DNA of 64,000 nucleotides from Lingula anatina (Eukaryota; Animalia; Brachiopoda). The translations under genes and the position numbers were made by a program. The stretch lies in contig CM120645.1 in the NCBI GenBank assembly GCA_051362555.1, positions 22,966,434 to 23,030,433 on the forward strand. The letters run 5' to 3'. Below the pieces are notes generated by a model, which had not been told where the DNA came from, searched no databases, and saw only the letters and a program-made list of their open reading frames with translations. Position 1 is the first letter of the stretch, and every line of letters begins with the position of its first letter. This document shows positions 1 through 12,161 of this stretch, piece after piece.

Positions 1-2417
1 GAGATTCCTGGTCTAGAGTGTTGTGTCATTTACCCTCCTATATCTGCACTGATCACACCATCACACATTCCTTGTACACACAAATGTCAATCAAATGTCA
101 ATTAATGACAAATACTTCACACCTCTCTGGGTAACTGAGACGAGCAGTCACAATGAGGTTGTCACAATGAGGATGTTTGGCATCACCAGGTCCGCAGCCA
201 GCAGTATCAAAAGAGAGATTCTTTTTCTGAAAAAGTAGACTGATTCTTCCCTTTCATTTACCCATTTCGAGAAATAACATAAAACTTGGATCAATTTCGA
301 TTCCAAGAGAATGTTTCTGAAGAAAGGGTGTTTTATTTAAATGCTGCCCCATCTCCCCTCCACGTATGGCCAGAGATGGACGTCCTTGTAAAAATGAGAC
401 TAACCATCATGTAAATAGGCTTATGTGCCTTCTGTCTGGTATGTGAATCCTGATGCCATGCTTATAACAGCTACCACATGAGGAAATGTACTTATAAAAA
501 ATTGCAAACTGTTTATGTACTTAAACTAAAAGAGACAGTGATTACATTTACATCAGCAATATGGTTGTTTATCTGAGATGCCCAATAAGAAACATTAATG
601 TATAAAATTCATCGGAACTTTCTGAAACTGGCTCTGTTTGCTGGTCTGATTGTTTTTATTCATGTCTATTCATTTATTTGTTTACCTGTTCACCTGGATG
701 GTTGTGATTTTAAATGGTATACATTTATTCTTAACTTTTCTCTTAATCAAGCATATAATAAGTCTCCAATTTGTACTTGTTAATCTAACTCGTTCAACAT
801 CACATAATGTAACAGGGTCCTCTAAAAAAAACATTTATTTTCTTTCATCTGCCTCAAATAACATTGTGCAAGGCCATTTACAGGTTTAAAGTGCTATTTC
901 CTAAATTACAAACATTTCTTTTACCTCTCCAGGTGCTAACTAAAGACATTTACCATTTACATTTATTAATACATTGAAATTCATTTGCTTTTTTTTTTCT
1001 TTTTAAACTTCAATTAGGGATGTCTTTTTTCTACATTAAATGAAAAACACAATTAAAATTTATCATGTTGTCATATTTACCAGGTTCATCTCATACATAA
1101 AACAGACTGCGGCAACTTCATGTACTACTACTCTTGAAATACGTGTAAGTAACAGGAGATTTAGGGGGCAGAAAGTCCCTATACAGAAACTTGTCTGTCT
1201 GCATGAGGAGCATTTCATTTGGAATTTACCCTTTTTTTTCAAAACCAAAAAAATCTTTAATTGTCTTCAACAAAACAATAGGGTTTAAGATAATTCTTGC
1301 CATTTTCTGACAGACATAATTTGTCAGTAGCAAATTAAACAAATTGTGTTTCAACAATGTGTCTTTGAAATAACTGTGACATCTAAACAGATAGACATCT
1401 CTATGTTAATTAAAAATTCTCTCCCCAACATTTTTTGCCCAGATCGAGTCACAAGTCCAACAAGAGACTCAGTCTGAATAAGAGAAATGCATCAAAAATT
1501 CCAATTTTCTTTTTGTATTCAATTCCAATGTATGCAAGCTTGACTGACAAGGAAACAGCCCAAAAAATTCAATTCTTATAGTGTGCTACATGAAAAAATT
1601 TGTCACATTGCCGAATCTATTTCATCAAAATCAAATATGTTACTGATAATTTTGTGGAATACTAAAATATGGACCAGTGGCAGCAATCCTGGAACAGAAA
1701 ATCCCATTTTATATTTTACAGGCTTAAGCCAGGTGGGGAGGGAGAAGGGGGGGGCAGAAATGGTCAGCCCCGAAATGAAACTGCTACATGGCTAGAGCTC
1801 CCCCCCCCCTTCACATACATGTTCTACGTTAAAGTTTTTAGAAACAAAATAACCGTGTGTACTAGGTCTCTGACGTACCACAGAGGTGCACCTAAAGGTC
1901 AGGAGGAGTGACACACATGCACATGCAATCCAACAATTATACTAAAATTGACAAAAAGGTGTCACCAAATCTCACACCTGTGTATAATGACAAATTATTT
2001 CAAATCATGCGACTTCTCCCACTTACAATGATGACTACAAACAAGGATTTAATTCTAACCAGTGTACATACATTTATGAGATCATTGTCAGGGTCGTGGA
2101 GTAAATCAAAATAATGAAGGTCTTATGGGTAACTCTACAGGACGACTTTAACACATTTGACATCATGCCAAAGGGTTTAATTTACAGGAAAAACTCATTC
2201 CCCATTTGTAACAACTATCTTGGCAACATAAAAATGACCATAGCATAACTTCGACTGTAAAAATTAAAAAATCCACGTCAACGTGTTGTTCTTATGAAAT
2301 TCACAAATACTCCCCCTCCTAAGAACCCCCTCATCCTTCCCCCCACCCCCCCACCCCCCACACACCCACCCCACAAGAGCATACTTTGCCACAGTGCTAG
2401 AATTATCTTTAACTTAC

Positions 2418-2501
2418 CCAAATTAAACTTAAATCATTGGTGCTTGTATAACACGACCCCAGTCTTTCTTCACCCGATGTGCATGAAATTGCTGATCCCA
2501 T
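2418..2501 (-). CDS. Putative alternative first coding exon MGSAISCTSGEERLGSCYTSTNDLSLIW (N-myristoylation/palmitoylation-like N-terminus)
   Basis: aagATGG Kozak context with an upstream in-frame stop. 28 open codons, then the consensus donor TGG|GTAAGT in phase 0. MGxxxS motif plus Cys7. A long, relatively GC-rich upstream region (2502-~3600) could be 5'UTR. Confidence 0.6.
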
Positions 2502-4565
2502 CTTATGTGGCTGTCTGAGTTCAGTTACAGCCTCTTAAAAGTCAACTTGAAATTCAATGGCCAGTGAACAAAAGCTCTCCTCTTTCACGCTGGCAGACAA
2601 CGGTGGTTTTGAAACCGCCTGACGTTGTTGCTTTTTATCTGATCCTTTTTTAACCTGGCAGAATTTGGTCCTTCAAATGTCTGGCAGCCACTTAATACAC
2701 TTCTACCGCCTTGTTTGTGCGATAAGATGCAAATGTTTTTCTTTTTTCACTGCTTTTTTGTTTCGCTTGGCTGCACTGTTTTAATCCGCAGTTGCTCAGT
2801 TTTTATTTCTCTTTCTTGCAAATATCTTGTCACGTTGTATCTATTTGCAATTTCTTCAGACTTTTCCACATTTGTCAAAAGTACATTTTCATCAAATGCA
2901 CTAACTGACACAAAAAAAGCTAAATAATCAAGTCACTGAGTTAGTTGTTTAATTAGTCCACTTTTTAGGAAAATAATTTCATTAAATATCACACAAGAAA
3001 AGAAATCAAAATGGATGACTGCTGCTGCTGACCAAACAGCCATCTTAGACAGCAAGTAAACTTGGTAACAGTGCAAAGCACAGTGGAATACTGTTAAAAT
3101 GTAGCAACTGGTCAAAGACAAAAACAGCAATTAACAATAATCTTCCTACAACAAACTGTCAGTCTTCTGTCACCACAGACTACTAGTGAGACACCAGTCA
3201 GCAATGGTGTTGGTGTCCCAACGTTGCTAGATCTGTCTCCAACTTGGTACCATGATGGCATCAGTTGACTACACGTCCTGACGAAGACATCAGCGATGAG
3301 GGTTTCCCCACGTACTGCCCTCTTCTGCTCTTCAGTGAGGAGTGGAAGAGCAAGAGATTCAAAAATCACAGCAACACCACCAAGTTCAACTCACGAGAAA
3401 GGTTCTGAGAAAATTACCACTCTAAGGAATCCTGGGAATGAATTTCCAGGCTCAAAGTTGTTGTCGTCTCTCCTCACTTCCACACCTGATACTGAGCCAG
3501 GAATAGCTCTCGACCTTCCGAAAACTCTGCCATCAGTGTAGACATGGCCAATACATTTGGTTCACTACCAAATAGCCATTGCCAACTGCAAGTGTTAAGT
3601 GCCTTCTTTTCTTAGATCTTTCAGCAAATTGTCACTTTTTTCACCAGACACTGATTCATAAATCCAATTTTCTTTCAATGATTTGTCACTAAATTTAATC
3701 AAAGAACATTTTTGTCAAGAACGTCTCAGAATCACTTAGCACCTTGGGCAGTGTCCTTTGACCTACGTGTCCCTGTGTCCTTTTTTAGTTCACTAATTTG
3801 AACAAGTGATCTTCATGTTTATAACCAGTCCCCTGTTCTCTGTGGTGTATGAAAAAAATCCAAGTCACTTGATAAAAGACTGATATACTTGCCACCATCA
3901 TCATCATCATCAGATAAGGTAAAGCTAATTGCAGGTTTCAAAAATATCTCGATTATCCATTCATCTTAGATGTGCTAAAATGCAATTAGGCCCTAGATGT
4001 GTATAAAATAAAGGCAGTATTATCAAACCACATACAGGGGACTTAAACTGATCAATATTCTCAGAAGTGAGGATATTTTCGAAGATGGGAATGATGGGTA
4101 ATCCATGTTGTTCAAATTGTCAGACGACACCTTGCTAGACCCCTTGAGTAATGAACTTGTGGCCCCCTCACTGGCTTTACTGCCGAGTTTAGCAGCTAAC
4201 AATGTAATTACTGACAGGGATATTTGGCGATAATTACTTTGATGTGCGTAGATCAAAAGCTACTGACCAGCTCGATACTATGACCAGCTGTGGTGAGGAC
4301 AGATGATGATGGTTATGTAGGAGATTTAGCAGGTAGATGGCACATAAAGTGATCCTTCTTAATTAACTTGAGCATTGACTTATTAACTTTGGTGAAATAT
4401 TACATTCATATCTATCTATCTATCTACCTATCTATCTATCCACATCTAACTGTGTATCTTTCTATCTATTCAGCCACTCACTTCTAAATTTATTTATTTA
4501 ATTGTCAGTTTATTCATCATTTACTGAGGTTTCAGGTGAAATATTCTTGACATATTTTGGGTTAG

Positions 4566-4734
4566 CAGGAGCTGATACAGAGATATTTTCTGACATTCTT
4601 CCAAATTATGTTTGTTGATCCATCCTCCATTTTTGACCGTCTTCTGACAGAAAAAAATTAGATACTCTTCAATGTAAACTTGAAAATCTGACTGTCTTCC
4701 GGAAGACCCAGAAGATGGCCTAAATCTGTCCCTG
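4566..4734 (+). mobile_element. MITE family B copy 1 (CAGG...CCTG ends, 5-bp TSD GTTAG)
   Basis: Homologous to 51129-51291 (inverted) and 20629-20718. Ends are CAGGAGCTGA / TCTGTCCCTG, with GTTAG directly on both sides. Confidence 0.8.
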
Positions 4735-6423
4735 GTTAGGTTCTGAATCTGCAGAACCAGCTTAAGAGGAGGTTACTACACTAAGGACTATCTTAATTTC
4801 ATCATATATTGCCTATTCCAAGCACACCTTTGATTATCTTTTCCTTTTTTTGCTATTTGCAATATAATTTAAGTACAATGCCAAATTTTATCCTGGCATT
4901 TCACTTTCTACACTCGGATATCGCTATCAGTTTCTTTTGGTTAAAAGGACGTCTGTTTTTTTTTTCTTTTTAAGTTGCCTATTCACCTCCATTTAAATCA
5001 ATTCTTCAATTAAGAGAAAAAGAACAATTGTCTCTTTCTAATCTTTTGATGTTAATGACTTTCTTTATCTTGAACCTCACAAGCAATAGTAATCTCTGCT
5101 TTTGCAGTTTTCAATTTCACCAATAATTGATTGCAATGTCTGGTGGGGAAGACATTGCTTTGAATCAGTTACATTTAAGAAAAAATTTGACTTGATTAGA
5201 CCAAATTACTGCTATACATATGAGGTTTTAATTAACCTCATTTTCTTTCAATTAACTGAATTATCACTCAAGGGGTAATTTGATATTTCTTTGTACATGG
5301 TGATCAAAAGCCAAAAGTTATTTAGAACAATGTCCTGAACAATGACAAAAAACACAACATCTAGTAAGACTAAAACAATTAAGATATAATCTCATCTCAA
5401 GGGTTTAGGATAACCATTCAGCTAGCTCCCAAGAAGATTGTGGCTAATATCCATCTTTACAAGTCAAAGTGAGTTTTTTTTTCAAATTTTTAATAAATCA
5501 TAAAATCTCATTTCATGAAATCACCCGTTTTATCTGATTCTCTCCCTCCCCCCCCCCCCTTCACCATTCCCCACTGGCTTTATAAAACTTTTCCTTTTAA
5601 TCAACTGAAACTAATTGCTTTACATCTCAGAAACACTTGACCATAAGGTGACCATGTCTGATCTTTTCATCTTCCAGCACCTTTCTCCACATCCATGCCT
5701 CCTCTATCTCCATCTAACAGTCAGGTTATAATTGAAGGCTATCCCTTACAGTGGGTTATATATTGATCTTTTGAAGCCATTTGCTAGTTAGTCTAATCAA
5801 ATGTATTTTTGGTAGCGGAGGTGTGATCATCTCACCGTATCACGTACCCCCTGTGGAAAACCTCCAGCTTGGCAGAGTTCAGAAATACTGCAGCGTATCT
5901 TTGATGTTCGGTGGTCCACAGCATGTGGTTCTCACCACAGCATATGTCTTAGTTGTCGATTGCAACCTGTGTAGTTGTCATTTTTGCTCAATTTTATATT
6001 ATCATTAAATCAAACAAAATAATAACACCTCTTTTAAATATAGAGAAAATACCTGAATAATACGTACATCATTATAACAATGCTTCATTTTTCTAAATTA
6101 ATTTTATTGAACAATGAAAGACCTAGTGTATCTCTCCTACAAAAACACCATTTATCCCATAGTTAGAAAATCAGCTCATTGGTTTCTTATGTAATTTTTC
6201 TTATAAAAATTCTTTTTTTTTTTTCAGATTCCCAGCAAATATTGCTAAAAACATAATACATCTTTTCTTTTTAACAAAAAAATTATTTACAGAAATAATG
6301 AAACTGCAAGGTATATAAGATGCATTTACTTTGGCTTAATTAAGCCCAGTAAAAAAAAAAAATAAAGGGCGTATTTATTGCCATGATGGTAGATATTAAG
6401 TAGTAAAAAGCTGTAGTAGTAGG

Positions 6424-7036
6424 TAGACTCGCCCTTCAAGAAATCGACGCCTTCAAGAAATCGACGAAAACCGGTAGTGCGTGTTTTTTGCACTGTTTTT
6501 CCTGTCATGCCCATCGTAAACACAGTGTTGTCAAGTAAAATGAAGCGTCTGATACAAAGTATCAAACGCGGCATTCACGTGCTTGCTTGCGATGCGTTCA
6601 GTACACTTTGTTTACACTGACAAGTCGAGGTCAGAAATGCACAATGTTTTTCTATGTAATTACGTAGTTTCAGTTTTGATTAGTGAATTTTCTTTTATCA
6701 GCATGGTCATTTTCCGAACATTTGTATAAGCCACGAAATATTTCTCATCGGAAAATCACACAGCAGCTTTCCAAGTACAAGCGAGTGACGTCATGACGCA
6801 CTTCCGGTTTTCGTCGAGATCTTGAAGGGATTAGCGTTACGGTTTGCTGCACATTTAAAGCGTTCTGTCTCAAAATGTACTTAACTGCTTGGATTGAAAT
6901 TTACGGAACTTATTCTTCACATGATATCACACATATGTGCTTAATTTGAGAGCTTTAGCTGTGATATGTTTTCTACAGTGCCCATTCAAATTTGAAAAAG
7001 AGCTATTTTCCGTCGATTTCTTGAAGGGCAAGTCTA
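6424..7036. mobile_element. Non-autonomous TIR DNA transposon with TAG...CTA ends (superfamily unassigned; hAT- or Academ-like)
   Basis: 26-bp TIRs TAGACTCGCCCTTCAAGAAATCGACG / TAGACTTGCCCTTCAAGAAATCGACG (1 mismatch). CpG-rich interior. Inserted in a (GTA)n tract, so the TSD length is ambiguous. Confidence 0.8.
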
Positions 7037-10000
7037 GTAGTAGTAGTAGGTAAACAATTTTCTTCTATATCCAAGCCAACATCTTACGTATATGTACGTG
7101 GACAGTATAATAGGCCAGCCAGTTATTACATTCTGATCACAACAGAATTAATATTGTATGACATCACAGCCTGCCATCAAATTAACTTTGCATATTTAAG
7201 TTGGCATAATCTGCCTGAATTCTACCCACATAAAAAATCTCCAAAGTTCAAGCAATAGCTTAAAGGGCTCCATCGTTAAACTTGCGAGTTACTAATGTAA
7301 AAGAACTCAAAGATCTTAATGGCTGCCGTCTTGGTATTATATCATTCAGGTTATTTCATACTAATAAGAAGAGTGTGTGTCAGCTTGCCTGTGTAACAGC
7401 ACAGGTCACAGGTGTCAGTGACAGGAGGACCACTGATGACAGTGGTAATGAGGATGGGTTTAAGTCAGGAATTCCCAACTCTACACACTTAGAATTGGTA
7501 CTTCTGAATACTAATTTTTAATCAATATGCTGGTAAAAGTGTTGATTGAAGTGTGCACGCATGTGTGTGTATGTGTATGCATTCGTGCGTATGTTGATAG
7601 CTCTATCTCTGCATAAGGTACAACCACCAATCTTAGCTCTTTAAAAGCTTTAAAAAGAAAAATGCCACAAAAATAATAGCAAAACTAAAAACAATGAAAT
7701 AACGTAAAGCCATTCCTCAATTTCTTCATATATTCCGTTCTGTCAGATTCAGTACAACCTATTTTGACACTTATCCACAACTCAAAAGGAAAAATTTAAC
7801 AAAATAAAGAAAAAAAAAACAAAAAACACTGACGCACAAGACATAACCTCCTCCTGGGCCGTCACTGTTCACATGTACTCCCCTGAGGTCAGACAAGACA
7901 CTCCCGGTGTGGCCTTAATAAATACAATGTTCTACAAATGTTCCTAATTCTTCAGACTAGATACATTTCCCCCACATCACAATGGCGTTATAAGAACCAC
8001 ATGGGATGCATTGTGCAAACGGTTAAGGTACAATATGCTACACATGTTGAACTCATGGCCAGTATGCATGTATAGCACTGCCTTACTGCAGCCTGTGAGA
8101 AATTTTACTACACAACATGTAGAATTCCATGCAACAAAATAAGAAACAATGTCCTTAAATAACCAAGACTGACAAAAATGGAGACCCTCCAATGGGTTGA
8201 GTGAACAAGGTGGACAGATTTAGCAAATAGGCAAATGTGTTGTTGAGGTGCATTCAAACAACTTTTCCTGGAAAAGTTTGAAAAAAAATATGTGTAGGCC
8301 CATGCCAGCCGTAGTACCATTTCCAGGCAAGAAAGAAAAAATTACATTATGAAAAACCCCATACATATAATTACATTTTGTTAAATATTCCTCTCTAGAT
8401 GAACACATTACCTTTTTTATCATGACAAAAACCGCATCTTTAAATCAAATGTTAAATCTTTCAATGTAAACTCTTATTCATCAACATCAGACCTTACACC
8501 CTATCTGTACTTCATTGTCTTAACAGTCCCATGTCAATCAACTTTATCTGATGTTCAACATGTCACTTAACTTGCCCAATTTGTTGGTCTACAGGGTCAC
8601 AGGTAGATAACATTCCAGGGCGTAAAGTTTGCTGTGGAAATTAAAGCAGGATGTACTCCTGGTACTAGCATTAGCCCCACTCAGATCTGATTAACGATAA
8701 GTTGGAAAACAATTAGTGAAACAGAAGTGGTCCTGAAAAGGTCATGCTCAGGCCAGTGGATTCTTGTTTTCTTGTAAGATTACATTTACTACTACTTCTA
8801 TTACTAACACTACTATGGTAGGCATATTGTCATCTATTGTAAGATGCACTCAGACCAAAGTGGAGGGAACCAGACTTTACTTTTACTATAATCGCCACTC
8901 TACAATAAAAAACAATTACAAATAATGAAAATATTATAAATCTAAATTAACAGAACCTTAAAAATCAAATAATGCATATAACACCTTTCAATAAAATTTC
9001 TGTTTTATTTATAAAAAAATAAAAACTAATAAAATGTCTCTTCTGAATTGACAATGAGAGGCAACATTTTTTAATTAAATAGATAAGTAGTATCCTCAAT
9101 CAAATTAAATCTAAGGAAATGTAATGAATCTGAATTCAAAAAATTGTACATAAATATTAAAAACCTTTCCAGTAGCACATTGTTTAGACTACTATAGTTC
9201 ACATCTGAACACAATCATGGTTATCTCAACTACCACATTTGTGGCAATGGCTGAGATTGCTTTTGTCTCAACCACCTTGTACTTAACCACCTCCACAGCA
9301 CAGTCAGTGCTAGAAGCTCTAGCTCAGTGTGACATTTGATATCTGCTCAAAATAACAGCACCCTTCACGTTGATCTAATTAGATTAGCTTTTTTCCAAAT
9401 TAATTAATACTCTTATATCATGCATTTATTATTCATAAACGTATTCCCAATCATCTACCTGCTTGGTTAAAAAAACCAAATACACACCTCTTAATAGCTT
9501 AATCGACGCTTACATTTTGCTGACAATTTCCTCTTTTTCTTGCCTTTCACTTTGACCACAAAAACATACGAATCAACTTTAAAAACCATTCTACAATAAC
9601 AATATATTTTGTGCATTCTTATGAACCTCTTAAGAGTGCCTCAGAGCACAGTTTTATCATATGCTGCCACATCTCTAGCTCTGTGTTTCATCACAGCAAC
9701 AGGAGCCTGTCTAATCTTTATACCTCAGAGAGAAGAGAGTAAATCCCAATAGGCAAAATAAAAATTAATTTGACTAAAAAGCTATTTAGTAGCCACTTTG
9801 CTAAATATTGCTTCTTGAAATTCTGAATGCACTCAATTTTGGTTAAAACATTTCATCTATAAAAGAGCCTACATTGTCTATTTTTCTCACCTAAATGAGC
9901 AAAACATCAAAGGAGAGGCTTTAAAAATTACATGGACAGCAGTTTCTCTCACACGTCTATTAATGCTGATTGGATTAACCATTCACCTTGGTTACTTACA

Positions 10001-10387
10001 AAATTAGGCACAAAAATGCTTCAAGGAGGCCATGAAGCTTATACATCGCCAGTCAACATGTATTATTCCAAAGAGTTTATTACCACTCATACCCAGGGCA
10101 TCTATAATGGAAGAGGGCCTGGGAGAGCAGCATAGAAAAAACTGAAGGCAATTAACCTGGAGATGATAAATCATTCTTATTACATTGAGAAATTCATTTC
10201 CAAGTTGATATTTAGTCCCAATGATGAAACACACACTGTATTGATCAAGATGTGTATTTGTGGTTGTGTTATGAAAACAGAGATTATCTTGAAATGATTA
10301 CTGGGATCAATATGATAAGTAACAGGAGAAAAATAGTGCTAGAAATAACCAATTGCTAAAAGTAAAATACCTTCCACTCCCACTCAC

Positions 10388-10396
10388 TGTGTGTGT

Positions 10397-10447
<51 letters not shown>

Positions 10448-10490
10448 GGAGAGAGAGAGAGAGAGGAAGGGAGGGAGGAAGAGAGACAGA
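10388..10490. repeat. Compound (TG)n(GA)n microsatellite
   Basis: Visible directly. Confidence 0.95.
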
Positions 10491-12101
10491 AGGCATGGAA
10501 ATTGAAACAAATACCTCTTTAATCAATCTTGGGTTTGTCTTAAATTATGCAAATAGCATAATGATGCATTTCAAATATAGACAAAACAAACTAAAAAACA
10601 AACAAAACAGATATGACAGATAAATTAGTTTTCAAGTTTTTGATGTAAAAAGAAGTTGGCTGTGATATCAAACTGGACATGGATATCTTCTGTATGGAGG
10701 TACAGAGCTGACAACACCACCTTGACACTTAGGGTGACAAGTCCCACCTGAATCTGAAAATAATTTCAATTACATATTCACTATTTCATATCCAGTGCTT
10801 CAGATAACTAAACAACTCCGGGTGAGTAAGAGAAGTGGACATGACACTGCAGAAGTTACACCTGGCAGCCATCAGTCGGAGACTTGACTAGAAACTGGAG
10901 GCGTGCGACAGCTCATTTGCTGTGCAGTAATGTGGTACTTTGTAAATAGCGCCAACACTCCACATGAACAAATGCACCAATATACCCACACACAAACATC
11001 AATGCATATCCCATCTCCGATAAACCTCCCCGAGGCAAGCCTTCGCATTTTCAGCGATGTTTCCTCTATCGGAAGGATAACAGCGCAATCAGCAGACATG
11101 AAAGCAATGAACTCTCACACATTTCCTGCTGCCTAATCAAACATGTCCCAATCCAAGGAGACAAGACGCAGGGAACCAGGTGGGCAGCTCAGGTGTGTGA
11201 TGCTACTGTTTAAACACCCATTTATTCTTTGAGTCACTGTTTACTGAAAAACCTTTGATAACACTCTGAGAAAATGGTTGCTTGGAGTTTTTCTCAGATG
11301 TGAAATCTGGAATCGTCAGGACTCTCTAAGAGTCATGTAATGTGACCTAAGAATGGACCCCAAGGTTGACATGTCAGGTGTGATAATGAAGTGTTTAAAT
11401 ACTGTTATATTACCTGAGTCATCGGCTAATTCAGTGTTATGTCAATAACTTCTCATAGAAATCATATCCTCATTTTAACTCGATGACCGTCAAGAGTTTA
11501 CTGAGCTGGGCCCAGCTGAAACAAGGACTTTCTAGATGCAACGACAAAGTTTTGATCTGTACTTGATGCCGTACTACCTGATTTACATTAAGGCCAATAT
11601 ATTCCTCATAAAACAATATTATTGACTAATTATATAAATAGATGAGGAAATAATTAATCAATCAATTAAGAAAACACTCATGATTAAATATATACATGCA
11701 TGCAAATATACATTTACACACACAAACACACAATCATATTAACAAAAATAAATGAATTAATGAAATGAAATGCACTGGGTATAGATGTTACATAACAAAA
11801 TTGCAGGACTGTAGTCAGCAATTTTAAAAGGGGAGTTGTTGGTCTTTCAGAAAAAAGGGGACAATTATATCCCTTTAATTGAATTTACTTGAAGAAATGA
11901 AACAATATTAAATCAAATTTTGATGGTGATTGGACTTTTTGTGTAATTCTTTAGAACCCCCTCTCCCCCACCCCACCTTTGGATATAAACTGTTACTCTG
12001 AAAATACAAAACAAAACACAGTTCTACTTGACACATATTTGTAAATGTAATATGAAAAACAACATTTTCAGTTTTTTTTTCTACTTTTTTTTTTTTTTTA
12101 C

Positions 12102-12161
12102 CTCTGTGCCAGGATCCATTCTTAGGGAAGGTCTCCTGCAGGGAGCACATATATAGTCCAT
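12102..12161 (-). CDS. Candidate alternative first coding exon MDYICAPCRRPSLRMDPGTE
   Basis: gtgATGG, 20 open codons, donor GAG|GTAAAA in phase 0. Upstream are a purine-rich UTR-like stretch and a CpG-rich promoter-like patch at ~12510-12700. Confidence 0.35.

Noticed and set aside
81-175. Small 11-15 bp tandem duplications (also 16789-16818 and ~45796-45850)
   Set aside because: Ordinary slippage-type duplications with no further structure.
3112-3560. Long minus-strand frame interrupted by a single TGA (selenoprotein or readthrough idea)
   Set aside because: No start codon, no recognisable homology and no SECIS seen. More simply UTR.
5847-5967. Minus-strand AG...GT segment as a PDZ1 exon
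   Set aside because: Stop codons in all three frames and no PDZ motif.
10307-10623. ORFs with HTHT/VCVC/ERER runs (also at 26802, 38348, 40258, 58009, 60865, 62828)
   Set aside because: Translations of microsatellites and homopolymers.
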